A stretch of 63,946 bases of DNA, counting the filler, from Octopus bimaculoides (lineage: Eukaryota), in NCBI RefSeq assembly GCF_001194135.2. It is 5 parts of 5 records of this genome, joined end to end, with 100 filler letters (N's around TTAATTAATTAA, not from the genome) between each part and the next. Parts side by side here need not be neighbours in the genome. Positions count along the whole stretch, not along the records: positions 1 to 27,088 come from NC_069005.1; 4 more parts are not named here. The stretch is one strand, 5' to 3'. Shown piece by piece: positions 1 through 12,922 of the stretch. The notes under the pieces were generated by a model, which saw only the letters and a list, made by a program, of their open reading frames with translations, had not been told where the DNA came from and did no database searches. Position 1 is the first letter of the stretch. The number at the start of each line of letters is the position of its first letter. The translations under genes were made by a program, and so were the position numbers.

Positions 1-31
<31 letters not shown>

Positions 32-2329
32 TACACCCACACTAAACTCACAAGACTTTGGTTGGCCTGATGCTATATAGTAGAACTTGCACAAAATGTC
101 ATGCAGTGGAACTGAGCCCCAAGCAAACATAGTTGCAAAGCAAGCTTGTTAAGCACATAACCATGCCTTATTTGTGTTTCTTTTATACCTTATTAACCTT
201 CTCATACCCCTAATTGTTAATTGCCTTTCATCTAATACCCATATTAGCCTTTCTTCTCATACACCTTATCACTTTTCTCATGTCCCATTAATCTTTCTTA
301 TGCTTTATTTGCCTTCCTTTTATGCCTTAAATAGTAAAAGAAGTACATACGATTTGATGACATCATTATAGCCCAATGATGTATTTTCACTCATATTGTC
401 AATGAGGAGGATTTTTCCTTGAGATTATTTCTGCAGCAAAAAGTCTTCCCATGTCCAAGTGTATACAAAGATGTTAAATATTTCATTCAACACTGTTTCA
501 TGCACCTTCAGTTAATTGCTATAACTATTATTATTCAGCAAGGTCACTTGCTCAATGACATCAGGCCATGAAATATAAATGTGGTAGCAACAAGCAGTGA
601 AATTAAAATTTCTGGGACATGCACTCACATCCATGTCCACACTTCTTGGTTGGTCAGAATTGGTCAGCTAGGTGTACAGTGTTGTTTTGTAAAGGTTTGG
701 GTCTCAAGATATGAAAAACCTTCCACTGCGTAGAGTAGACTCATTATTCTATAGCTGATGATTTGCAGACATGTACTGATGCCGTAGTCTCTGGAGGAAT
801 TCCTTGATGGTGAACAGGTGGGTTTGCCTTTTGTTAGGGTAACATTTTTCCACAGTTCATCTATCTTTTTAACAGAACTGTAGTCTTGGGTCAAACAGAG
901 CTGAAAACTGGGTAACTGACATCTGGAACTCACAGCTCTCTACAAATCATTACAGCCAGGCAAACTTTTGTATTAGCTTTCTATAATAGAAGACTGTGAT
1001 AAGTAAAGTGATATTGGTGAGACTGGATATCAGTATGAATTAACTAGATGGCTGTTCTGGAGGATTTTCTGGTGTGTGCTAGACCAAATGACTCAGTATT
1101 TAGCTGCCATCCTTCTATATTTTGAGCTCATTACTATCTTTTATTCTTTGGTGCTTTGGTTGATTACAAAATGTTTTGATATACATTTATGACCATATCC
1201 CTTACTCTCTAAATTTTCTGGCTTTGTGCCATTGTAAGAAAAATGCTCATTATTTATTTACGAGTAAACCTCGAGCTATCAGTATTGACAGCAGATATAC
1301 TTATCTTACTTATTATCAAAAGTGATAATAAAGTTAATACAGAAAAAAAGTATATTTATTTTTTTAAATGATGATGGACTCTCCTGTTGAACATGATTAA
1401 TGTGTGTTCAGCTTTTGCCAAATGACCTGCACAAATGATTTGTTTATAGTGATCAAATGTATGTGCCATGCATTAACTCACTCCCTCCATCAAATTGATG
1501 TTGCCTGAAACAGGTGCACAGTGTTACCACACATCAGGTGTCAGAGTGACCGTAGAGCATCGTGAAACGAAGTGTTTTGCTCAAGAACACAATGCACCAT
1601 TTAGTCTAGGAATTGAAACCAAGATCTTGCAATACTCTAACCGCTAAGCCATGTATCCTTCTTAAATACAGATGCATATGTTGTAATGGTTGTTGCTAGA
1701 ACAATCTAGAAAAATAAATTGTGTATAGTATTTGCTTAAAAAGCATTTTGTGGAGTTCTTCCTGCTGTTCTTTCTTTGATAGGTGCCATGTACATATTGG
1801 TTTTAGATACATAAAAATTTGTATATTTATTTATTTATCTGTCTATAATGAATTTCATAGGCACAGGTGTAGCTGTGTGCTTCATTGGTTCATTTCCAAA
1901 GTATGTGATTTTGGATTCAGTCCCCACTGAGTAGCTTCTTGGGCAAGTTGTCTTCTACTGTAGCCCCAGACCAACCAAAGTTTTGGCAGTGAATTTGGTA
2001 GGTGGGAACTGCATGTTATAAGCAGCAACAAAAATGTGGGGTTGTAATAAGGAAGAATGTTTGATCACAAAATATTGCTGCAGAAAACACACCTAACCCA
2101 TGGAAAAGCATACATAAACCAACGATAGTGTTCTGGTGTGTTTACGTTCCAGTAACTTAGCAGTTCAGCAAAAGAGACCAATAGAATAAGTATCAGACTG
2201 TAAAAAAAATTTTTTAAAACAGTACTGGGGTTAATACATTTAACGAATAATTCTTCAAGGTGGTGATCCTTGCATGGAAGTAATCTAATGAGTGAAACAA
2301 ATAAAAAAAATATGTAAAAAAAAATAGAT

Positions 2330-2728
2330 AGGCGCAGGAGTGGCTGTGTGGTAAGTAGCTTCCTTACCAACCACATGGTTCCGGGTTCAGTCCCACTGTG
2401 TAGCACCTTGGGCAAGTGTCTTCTACTATAGCCTTGGGCCGACCAAAGCCTTGTGAGTGGATCTGGTAGACGGAAACTGAAAGAAGCCCGTCGTATATAT
2501 GTATATATATATATGTGTGTGTTTGTGTGTCTGTGTTTGTCTCCCAAACCATCAACCGATGCTGGTGTGTTTATGTCCCCGTAACTTAGCGGTTCGGCAA
2601 AAAGAGACTGATAGAATAAGTACTAGGCTTACAAAGAATAAGACCTGGGGTCGATTTGCTCGACTAAAGGTGGTGCTCCAGCATGGCCGCAGTCAAATGA
2701 CTGAAACAAGTAAAAGAGTAAAGAGATA
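2330..2728 (+). mobile_element. tRNA-derived SINE, family A (GGCGCAGGAGTGGCTGTGTGGTAAG head), near full length
   Basis: A-box-like TGGCTGTGTGG and B-box-like GGTTCAGTCCC, a CCTTGGGCAAGT CORE-like motif, an internal (TA)/(TG) tract and an (GTAAAAGA) tail. Further copies at about 1-170(-), 1858-2300(+), 3465-3792(+), 5950-6190(-), 14775-15460(-), 22225-22326(-), 22990-23225(+), 30780-31145(+), 31400-31590(-) and 33735-34100(-). Confidence 0.9.
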
Positions 2729-3464
2729 AAGCAAAAAATAGTTTTAAAAATATATAAAAACAAAATTGTGAGATGATAAAAAATAAAAGTTTTGTATATC
2801 ATTTAAATGCTAAGCAGATTTCTGTATGACCCAGTATATACGTGGCCCACAGATTAGCTCCAAACTAGGAAATTTACATCCTGTTTCATCTAGTGGGCCA
2901 CTCGTTTAATAGATAAGGAAAACAATACCATCCTCAGTTCAACCATAAACGATTCCTAATTATAATCTAAAACCTTACTGGCTTTACCCATTATTAATTC
3001 TGAGTGTAAGATTATTTAAAAGTAGTCACAGCTGGTTGACCCCTTTAAAAGTGTTAGCCTATTTACTAAGGAGTCATCAGTCTACACCGTCATCACTCTA
3101 CACCGTCATCATTTGGTGCTACAAGCTCTGTATTCATGGCCGAAGCACTTAACGAATTTGGTCTACTTCGCCATGCCATTTGGACTCTTTACTCACTAAC
3201 CTCTTCTCCATTACTCTTCATTATATTCACTTCATTTCTGTGCTACTTCATTCTTGAAGACAATAGCACAGGAATTAAGGACTGGTTGGTGTTGGGAACT
3301 ATCCTATGTTACCAACTTGGTTCTTATCTAAACCATTGTTTTAAACAATAAAAATTCCTTTTGACACCAACCTGCCACAGAGAACTTCTGATTCTATGAT
3401 ACAAACTTTTGTTTTAAAGTGATCTAAATTAAAAACTTTCATTCAAATTTTGTCATATTTTATA

Positions 3465-3792
3465 GGCGCAGGAGTGGCTGTGTGGCAAGTAGCTTGCTTA
3501 TCAACCACATGGTTCCGGGTTCAGTCCCACTGCGTGGCACCTTGGGCAAGTGTCTTCTGCTATAGCCTCAGGCCGACCAAAGCCTTGTGAGTGGATTTGG
3601 TAGACGGAAACTGAAAGAAGCTCATCGTATATATGTATATGTATATATATATGTGTGTGTATGTTTGTGTGTCTGTGTTTGTCCCCCCACCATTGCTTGA
3701 CAACCGATGCTGGTGTGTTTACGTCCCCGTAACTTAGCAGTTCGGCAAAAAGAGACCGATAGAAGAAGTACTGGGCTTACAAAGAATAAGTC
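3465..3792 (+). mobile_element. SINE family A copy, cut by an assembly gap
   Basis: Near-identical to 2330-2640. Confidence 0.9.
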
Positions 3793-5289
3793 NNNNNNNN
3801 NNNNNNNNNNNNNNNNNNNNNNNNNNNNNNNNNNNNNNNNNNNNNNNNNNNNNNNNNNNNNNNNNNNNNNNNNNNNNNNNNNNNNNNNNNNNNNNNNNNN
3901 NNNNNNNNNNNNNNNNNNNNNNNNNNNNNNNNNNNNNNNNNNNNNNNNNNNNNNNNNNNNNNNNNNNNNNNNNNNNNNNNNNNNNNNNNNNNNNNNNNNN
4001 NNNNNNNNNNNNNNNNNNNNNNNNNNNNNNNNNNNNNNNNNNNNNNNNNNNNNNNNNNNNNNNNNNNNNNNNNNNNNNNNNNNNNNNNNNNNNNNNNNNN
4101 NNNNNNNNNNNNNNNNNNNNNNNNNNNNNNNNNNNNNNNNNNNNNNNNNNNNNNNNNNNNNNNNNNNNNNNNNNNNNNNNNNNNNNNNNNNNNNNNNNNN
4201 NNNNNNNNNNNNNNNNNNNNNNNNNNNNNNNNNNNNNNNNNNNNNNNNNNNNNNNNNNNNNNNNNNNNNNNNNNNNNNNNNNNNNNNNNNNNNNNNNNNN
4301 NNNNNNNNNNNNNNNNNNNNNNNNNNNNNNNNNNNNNNNNNNNNNNNNNNNNNNNNNNNNNNNNNNNNNNNNNNNNNNNNNNNNNNNNNNNNNNNNNNNN
4401 NNNNNNNNNNNNNNNNNNNNNNNNNNNNNNNNNNNNNNNNNNNNNNNNNNNNNNNNNNNNNNNNNNNNNNNNNNNNNNNNNNNNNNNNNNNNNNNNNNNN
4501 NNNNNNNNNNNNNNNNNNNNNNNNNNNNNNNNNNNNNNNNNNNNNNNNNNNNNNNNNNNNNNNNNNNNNNNNNNNNNNNNNNNNNNNNNNNNNNNNNNNN
4601 NNNNNNNNTTTTTTTTTTTTTTTTTTTTGAAAAGTAATTTGTTGAACAATGGTTAAAGATAAAACTCAAATGACACCACGGTGACGCTATCTTGTATCTA
4701 ATCTTGCTTCAGTTTTGAATAAAGCAAAACAAATTGAATGGTTAGGCCTAATCTAGAACATGTACAACTACACGAGAGAATCTACTCGGAAAGAAAGAGA
4801 CAGACATACAGACGGACAGAAAGTTGTGGGATTATCAACAAATGTTTAACCCTTCCTTGAAAATTATCTACGACTACATTTTGTGTCAAGTCTTACTTTA
4901 TCTTTACTTTTTTTTTTTTTATGTTCTTTCTGATAATTTCCATTTCTAAACTGCAGAAAATGTTTAAGAGTATAAATCATCATCATCATCATCATCATCA
5001 ACATCATCATCATCATCATCAACAACATCATCGTTTTAACATACACTTTTTCAATGCTTGCATGGGTCAGATGGAATTCTCTGAGGGAGATTCTCGAAGA
5101 CTGGATGCCTTTCCTGTCACCAACTCTCACCTGTTTCCAAGCAAGGTAATGTTTCCCCTCCATAACCAGACATTTTCATTTTTTTATGGAAAACTGGAAA
5201 TGAGGGAATCTACTTGTGTGAGGGTGATGCTTGTTTTTGTTTGTAACTGTCCTGTAATGATGAGACAATGAGGCATAAACACATGCATA

Positions 5290-5643
5290 TATTTATGTAT
5301 AGGGTAAAGACCCCCTTCGGTCATGAATGACCATGGGATTGAACCTAGAAAGTTTCCCTCTGAGGCACAAGTCCAGGCAAGGTTATTTATGGAAGGCCAG
5401 CAGTTATCCATGCATACCAGCCTCCTCTGTCCACGCCACTGATGTTATCCAAGGGAAAGGCAAAGGCTGACACAGCTTGGCACCAGTGACGTCGCAACTC
5501 ATTTCTACAGCTGAGTGAACTGGAGCAATGTGAAATAAAGTGTCTTGCTGAAGAAAACAACAGACAGCTCAGTTCAGGAATCAAACTCACTACCTCATGA
5601 TTGTGAGCCCAATACTCTAACCAGTGAGCCATGTGTCTTCACA
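5290..5643 (-). mobile_element. tRNA-derived SINE, family B (GTGAAGGCGCATGGCTCAGTGGTTAGAG head, CORE-like middle)
   Basis: The reverse complement has A and B boxes followed by TTCTTxAGCAAGACACTTTATTTCACxTTGCTCCAGTTCACTCAGCTGTAGAAATGAG. Homologous copies at 11915-12270(-), 24865-25160(+), 1490-1660(-) and a head only at 11243-11340(+). Confidence 0.88.
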
Positions 5644-5652
5644 TATTTATAT

Positions 5653-5690
<38 letters not shown>

Positions 5691-6504
5691 GTTTAAGGCA
5701 AATGTTAAATGATGATGATGATGATGATGTATATAGTTTATAGATCCAATGTAGGTAGAATCAACAAAAACAAATGCTCCATCCAATGAGAGGTAAATAT
5801 CAATTTAATACAAAACCAAAAGAGCTACTAATAGTTTCATGGTGTATTTTGTAAATATGCCTAGTTAAGGTATCATAAAAGCATGAAACTGCTAGTAGCT
5901 CTTTTAGTTGTGTATTAAATAAATCGAGATATATATATATTTGTGCACACACACATGCATATATACATACACTATGCACATGCTTGCACACCACATATGT
6001 GCACGATGAGCTTCTTTAGGTTTCTGTTTGCGAAATCCTCTCACAAAACTTTGATCAGCCATGAGCTTAAAGTAAGAGACACTTTGCTCAAGGTGCCACA
6101 CAGCACTTAAAAAAACCATGTGGTTTTTAACTTAAAAGCCATGTGGTTGTGAAGTGAACTTTGTAACAAAAAACACCCAAGCCATGCCTTTGCCTTTGCC
6201 TAAAGCTGAGCATTATATTAAATTATAAATCGGATGACGTGTTTGTCTAAACACGTAATACTAAAATAGAATGCAGTGCTATCCTCAATAGGCCTCTCCT
6301 GAGTTTCCTAAAGATCACAACAGCTGTGAAGCTAACAGGTACAGCTATCAGGTACAATGCCAATTAACTCAAACCATGTCTCAGCTAGCATGCTACACCA
6401 TGCACCACCTTTTAGTAAAGCACACTACCTGATTCAGGTTAGTGTTAACTACTAACTGTCTTGCAGTTTGGTAGTCATCGTAAGGAAGGGACATCAACTG
6501 TGAA

Positions 6505-6543
<39 letters not shown>

Positions 6544-7839
6544 GATAATAATAATAATAATAATAATGATGATAACTGTTCATATCAGTGTCTTCCTGAA
6601 GACACTGCTTTGCAACATGTGTGCTGCACAAATGAGACAGGTGTGTTGCGAAAGTGAAATCGTTTGGAGGTCAGAATGATTGAAATTTTCGAGGTTAGTG
6701 TGTTGTGTTTAATTGCTAATGAACCCAAAAAAACTGTGTTGCCATCCTTAAAAGGTTTTGAAAGCTCTGTTCTAAACTGTGCACATAGGCATGCAACATC
6801 TGTGTGTGTGCGTGTGTGTGGTTATCAATAATAAGAAAACCATAGCTCGTTGAGCGAGGTCCTTACTGATGTTTGTTCCTTATACAGTTACAGGCACTCC
6901 CTCATCACTCTCACCACCAACGAACCAGTGATTTGGCCATTACTGACATGTAGCCAACAATTCTATTACTCACCATTTGCAATATAAAATAGATAAAGAT
7001 TAATGTTGCCAAAACCAAATATGTTGCATTAATCTTTTAGTATTTTTAACTGGCCATATCAGGCCGAAATATCCTACCAGTTTTAAGTTCAAACTGGCCA
7101 GATCTGGTTTCTTACGCTTATCATACAATGTTATTTTAAAAGTAAATGTTGAAATAATGTGAATAAATACGCATTACATTTGACAGAGGAATCTGAATAC
7201 TAAAGGGTTATTAGATACTGTGAAATAATTCTATTTGAGTCTGAGGTGAACAGCAGAAAATGGAGAAAACTGTACATTAAATATTTATAGCATGAGAAAT
7301 GAACTGAAGCAATAATTTATTAAATTGGAAACAAAACAAATTAATGAGACAAGAAAATGAAGACCTTGGACCTCTTAGAATTTATAATTTTAACAACTGT
7401 GGCAGGCTTGGTAATCTTTGGCTGGTTTATATTTTTATCCTTACCATTTTCTAGAGATGCCATGAAACTGGGCTTGTAGTCGTATTTGTGACTCACATCA
7501 TGTGAGTTTTGGTTAGGTGTTGAATTGGCAGAGATGTTAGGGTGTTGGAGAGAAGTGGTTCACTACATTTCTTTCCAAATGCGAGTGCTCTGATTTCAAA
7601 TTCTGCATGGAACAACCTTGCCTTTCATTCTTTTGGGGAGGAGGTGGGAGTCAGTTAAAAAAAAAAAAGAAGACAGCCTGCATGGTGGATTGGTAGAACT
7701 GTAAGAGTATTGGACAGGGTGTTGCCTCGAGATATTCATTCCAGTTCTTTGCATTCTATGATGGAATTTTGTGCAGTTTGATACTCCTCACTCACCCGGC
7801 AGCTTTGGTGTACGTTACTAGCATTCTGGTCAGATCAGT

Positions 7840-8255
7840 TAATCACCAGCTCATTTCATCATCAGCGCATTTTGTCACCAGGTCATTTCTTTGCCAGTTC
7901 ATTTTGTAACCAGGCAGGCCAATTCATTACCAGCTCGTTATACCACCTGTTAATTTTGTCATCAGCTAATTTCATCATCTCATTTCATTGCCAGCATATT
8001 TTGTCACAAGGTCATTTCTTTGCCAGTCCATTTTGCCACCAAGCAAGTCAGTTTGTTTCCCAGCTCATTATACCACTCGTTAATTTTGTTGCCAGCTCAT
8101 TTCATCACTAGGTCATTTAATCGTCAGGTCATTTTGTCACTGGCTAATTTCATCACTAGGTCATTTTGTCATCAGGTTATTCTGTCACCAGCTTATTACA
8201 TCACCAGCTCATTCCATTGCCAGCTAATTTCATCACCTGGTTAATTTGTCATCAG
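7840..8255. repeat. Degenerate minisatellite (~14-15 bp unit, TCATTT(T/C)(G/A)TCACCAG(C/G)) with a ~130-bp higher-order duplication
   Basis: The motif recurs throughout; 7868-7990 resembles 8000-8115. Confidence 0.75.
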
Positions 8256-8529
8256 CATCCAAAAACAGAATAACAGCTGTTTATTAAATGAACGTTGCTT
8301 TAAACGAAGGTACTGAACTGGTGTTAAGGAATACAAGCTTTCTCCTTCTGCTAATATTAAGATGTAGGGAATAATAGAAACTGGAATGAAGCATTGGAAA
8401 TTAAATGAAACACTGACAAGATTGAGATAAAATCCTTCCTTGTTTTTATTTTTTTGCTTTTGGTTTCTTTCCTTTATCGTAACAAAGGAACATACATAAA
8501 GTGGCACTTGTGGAACATTGATGGTTATA

Positions 8530-8680
8530 TGTGTGTGTATATACATGCGTGTGTCTGTATATATGTGTATGTTTGTGTACGTGTGTGTGTATATACATGC
8601 GTGTGTCTGTATATATGTGCATGTTTGTGTACGTGTGTGTGTATATACATGCGTGTGTCTGTATATGTGCATGCATTTGT
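8530..8680. repeat. 52-bp compound microsatellite-derived tandem repeat, ~3 copies
   Basis: GTGTGTGTGTATATACATGCGTGTGTCTGTATATATGTG(T/C)ATGTTTGTGTAC is repeated. Confidence 0.85.
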
Positions 8681-9524
8681 GTATGTGTATGTATATTGTG
8701 TGTGTGTGTGTGTATAAATAAAACTTACATAAGCAAAAAAACTTACATAAGCAAAATGAAAAGAAAATTATGTAAAAAAAAAAAAAAATTATTCCTGGAA
8801 TCTTTTTNNNNNNNNNNTGTGTTAAATTATCAAAAACACACATTCTGAACACAAAATGACACAAAATAAAAGCTGAAGTTAAAATAAAAATGAAATTTAG
8901 ACATTAACATTTCAGATTATGAGTAACTACTTTCAAGAAAATTTTTTTGGTTCAGAATAGTAATTGTCTGTGACAGAACAGTATTTGTCTATCACATTTC
9001 ACATGTGATTTTTTTCATATCTCTATATTATTTTTTTTTAGTTGGTTTCTTCTCGGATAAATTTTTGTAATATGGCACTTGTTTGGTTGGAGCTGTTGTG
9101 ATGAACATATTCTCCATGATGGAATCAAATAACTAGATAATATGTGTGCTATTCTCATTATCTTTCCTATATCTCTGGAAATATCATCTTCATTGTTTGC
9201 ATTACATATTAAACAACACTAGTTTAACCCTTTTGCTACTGCATTTCTATTGATAGACATTGGTTTTGCTTCAGTTAATTTTGAAAATAATGAAAGATTC
9301 AGTAAGATAATTGTCATTATTAAACCAGTGTTTGGAACTTAAATTAAAATGGAATTTTGATGGAAGATTTTAATTTATCTCAGGAGATAAAGTATAACCA
9401 AAGCTATATTTTTTCTTTCAGTCATATTTGATGAGTGATAATTTGCCTTTCCATTTTTGGAAAGTTTTTCAGCATGAAACCATTCAGTTATGTAAATTGG
9501 CTGTTATGAGGATATAAATAAAGC

Positions 9525-9757
9525 ATGGCCGTTGCCAGTACTGCCTGACTGGCCTTCGTGCGGGTGGCACGTAAAAGCACCCACTACACTCTCGGAGTGG
9601 TTGGCGTTAGGAAGGGCATCCAGCTGTAGAAACTCTGCCAAATCAGATTGGAGCCTGGTGTAGCCATCTGGTTTCACCAGTCCTCAGTCAAATCGTCCAA
9701 CCCATGCTAGCATGGAAAGCGGACGTTAAACGATGATGATGATGATGATGATGATGA
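9525..9757 (+). mobile_element. 5'-truncated RTE-clade LINE 3' UTR ending in (GAT)n
   Basis: Same sequence as the 3' UTR downstream of the RTE ORF at 32706-33660 (GGAAGGGCATCCAGCTGTAGAAAC...GCATGGAAAGCGGACGTTAAACGATGATG). Other copies at 28411-28690(-) and 40190-40682(+), plus many decayed ones. Confidence 0.85.
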
Positions 9758-10207
9758 ATGTGTGTGTGTGAAAAAAGTCATCCGCAGTTAGGTACCGGTG
9801 TCGATGTGATTGACTAGTCCCCTCCCCTCAAATTTCAAGCCTTATGCTTATAGAAGAAGGGATTATTTATTATTATTATCATTATTATTATCATTATCAT
9901 TATTATTATTACTGAGTGACAAAGCAGTGCATGCCATCAAAGTAACACTGGGTTAAAATATACGAAGCCCAGTATACCCATCATGACTACCCGTCTGATA
10001 AGGGTACACCAGGCACATGCCTCACAACCATATGTGGGCATCATGGTGATCTCATATCATTATTATTATTACTCAAATTCCGCCAGGGTCAACTTTACCT
10101 TTCATCCTTTCAGGGTCGATAAAATGAGTAGCTGTTGAGCATAGGAGTCAATGTAATTAACTTACCCCCTCCCTTGAAATTGCTGGACCTGTGCCAAAAT
10201 TTGAAAC

Positions 10208-10261
<54 letters not shown>

Positions 10262-10892
10262 GATTGAAATATTTTATACCTAAAGAAAAGCCTGTAACAG
10301 CAGGTAACTACATGGATAATTACTTTGTCTGGCCATTAAGTAGCAGTAACATAACTGATTCTGATCTATACAGCATGGCATGTGTTATATATATGTCTAT
10401 ACAGCATACACATGGTAGTGATTTTCTGTTAGATTATTGTTTTATTCTTATTGTTGTTGCCATTTTGAGTTGTTTATTATATTTATCTAATTTATATATT
10501 GCAATTTTCGGTGAATAATAAACATTGTTGGCTGGTTACTGGTTTTCAACGGGTTCGCTACACTTTTGATATATTGTATGTATGTGTGTGTGTGTGTGTG
10601 TAGAAGCGTATATATGTATGTATATGTATGTATATATATATATATATGTATGTGTGTATGTATATGTATGTGTGTATGTATATATATGGATGTATGTATA
10701 TGCATATGTATGTATGTATATGTATGTATATGCATATATATGCATGTGTGTATGTGTATATATATATATATTTATATATATATATATATATGCATATATA
10801 TGCGTGCATGTGTATGTATGTATGTGTATATATATGTATGTGCATTTATGTATGTATGTATGTGTGTGTGTGTGTGTGTGCATGCGAACCTC

Positions 10893-11484
10893 TGATAATA
10901 TATATTCTTTATTGATTAACAATTAACAGTTTCAGTGTTACTTGCATATTTCATTAATCTGTTCAGCGTATTTTCATTTTTTAAATTTAATTTTTGCAAT
11001 TACATTTCATGTCAGTCTTTTGTTTTCATTTCACATTTCTAAGACCTATTCTGGCATTAGAAAGAAATATGAATTATAATTCACGGGGCTGGGCTGTGAA
11101 AGAAGAGACACTTGCTGAAGGGTCCATTCAAGCAAGCAAGCCTCTTAATATCCATACATTTCTCCACCTGTTTCGAGGATAATACTGATGATAATAAAGC
11201 AGAGTTTCAAAGAAGATTTATTGCTAAGTCAAATAAATAAAGTGGAGGTGCGTGGCTTAGTGGTTAGGATGTTGACTTCTGATTGTAAGATTGCAGTTTT
11301 GATACCAGGACCAGGTGACACATTATGTTCTTGAGCAATACAAGTCTTAAAAATATAAGATTAAAAAAATGAAATGAAGTTGCAAAAATTTAAATGAAGA
11401 ATGAAATATGCTGAACAGATTAATTAAATATGCAAGTAATGATGAAATTGTTTATTGTTAATCAATGGAAAATGTGTATTATCA
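10893..11484. repeat. Decayed foldback / long-TIR element (~150-bp inverted arms) with SINE fragments in the loop
   Basis: 10893-11047 is the imperfect reverse complement of 11341-11484. Confidence 0.7.
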
Positions 11485-11914
11485 AATGTAACATTTTATT
11501 TTTTTCATGTATATCATTAGACAATGTTGTGAGGAGACTGGTTTATGTTAGTCACTTTTTTTGTTGTTTTTTTTAATTTATTTACTAGTTCAGCAGTATC
11601 ATTGCCAAGCAGTGTTAAAGCAAAAGCTAACTTTAGGTTAGTTAAAATGTTTCTGACATATTTCAGCTTCTAAAAGGAAATTCTCTGCAATCACTGTGGA
11701 GGAAAAAAGTTCTGTGTTATGGTAAAAAGGTGTAAAACACCATATCTACCCAGTGTTGCCTCCCCCTTTTGACAAGGACTGGCCTGCAAGAGTCCTGTGC
11801 CAGTGCCATGTGAAAAACACTTGTGCTGGTGCTGCATAAAAGTGCTTGTGCGGTGCCATGTTAAAAGCATCCAGCACACTCTATAAAGGAGTTGGTTTTA
11901 GGGAGGGCATCCAG

Positions 11915-12270
11915 CTGTAGAGGATAAAGACCTCCTTCGATCATGAATAACCATGGTATTGCACCTAAAAAGTTCTCCTCCAAGGCACAAGTTTGGACAA
12001 GGTTGTTTATGGAAGACCAGCTGTCATTCATGCATACCAGCCTCCCTTCTCCATGCCACCGATGTTGTCCAAGGGAAAGGCAAAAGGGCTGATACAGTTT
12101 GGCACCAATGACATTGCAACTCATATCTACAGATGACTGAACTGGAGCAATATAAAATAATGTATTCTGCTCAAATACACAACATAAATCCTGGCCCCAA
12201 GAATCGAACTCACTGCTTCATGATTGTGAGCCTGACACTCTAACCACTGAGCCATGTGCCTTCACATGGC
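11915..12270 (-). mobile_element. SINE family B copy
   Basis: Colinear with 5290-5643. Confidence 0.85.
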
Positions 12271-12704
12271 TGTAGAAACCATGCCAAACCAGATTGGAGC
12301 CTGGTGCAGCTCTTCAGCTTACCAGCTCTTCAGCTTACCAGCTCTTCAGCTTACCAGCTCTGGTCAAACTGCTCAACTCATGCCAGCATGGAAAACAGAT
12401 GTTAAATGATGATGATGATGCTGATCCAATACATTATAATAAACCCATACATCCATTGTGTAATCCATTTCATCTCATATTGCTTTAATTGTTGCTACAA
12501 GTTACTGTTTCTCAGCCTTTTATCATTACAGTCCGTTTTTGGTTAATCAATAACCCTTTGCAATGCATTTGNNNNNNNNNNCATCAAAGGCAATTAAACA
12601 AACTGCTTTGACTATTTCTGTATTTCATTAAATCAGTGATTGACAGGTCATTTCGTAAGCTGCATGCTGGATGGAAATGTTCCTTATTAAGTTAAACCGT
12701 TCAT

Positions 12705-12922
12705 TAGGAGGTGCTGAAAAGTTCCTGGCTTTGAGGGTTTTGCAGAAGGCCTGGTTGGAGGCCCCACCTTCCAAGTTCTTTTACAGGGATTAGAAAAACT
12801 GAAGGACTGCTGCAATAAGTGTGTGAATCTGAGAGGGGAATATGTTGAATAAAATCACCCTGAACTGATCCTCCTGTATTTTCTTTTACCCAAAGCCAGG
12901 AACTTTTCTATACCCACTCGTA
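12705..12922 (+). mobile_element. mariner-derived MITE (~215 bp)
   Basis: TIRs GAGGTGCTGAAAAGTTCCTGGCTTT ... AAAGCCAGGAACTTTTC..CCC..TCGTA. The interior keeps the mariner transposase C-terminus NKCVNLRGEYVE* (GDYVE motif). Confidence 0.88.

Noticed and set aside
664-933. 89-codon minus-strand ORF (…KKIDELWKNVTL…) and adjacent broken frames down to ~340
   Set aside because: No recognisable family, a weak acceptor, and no partner exons; it may be a decayed element but I cannot support a call.
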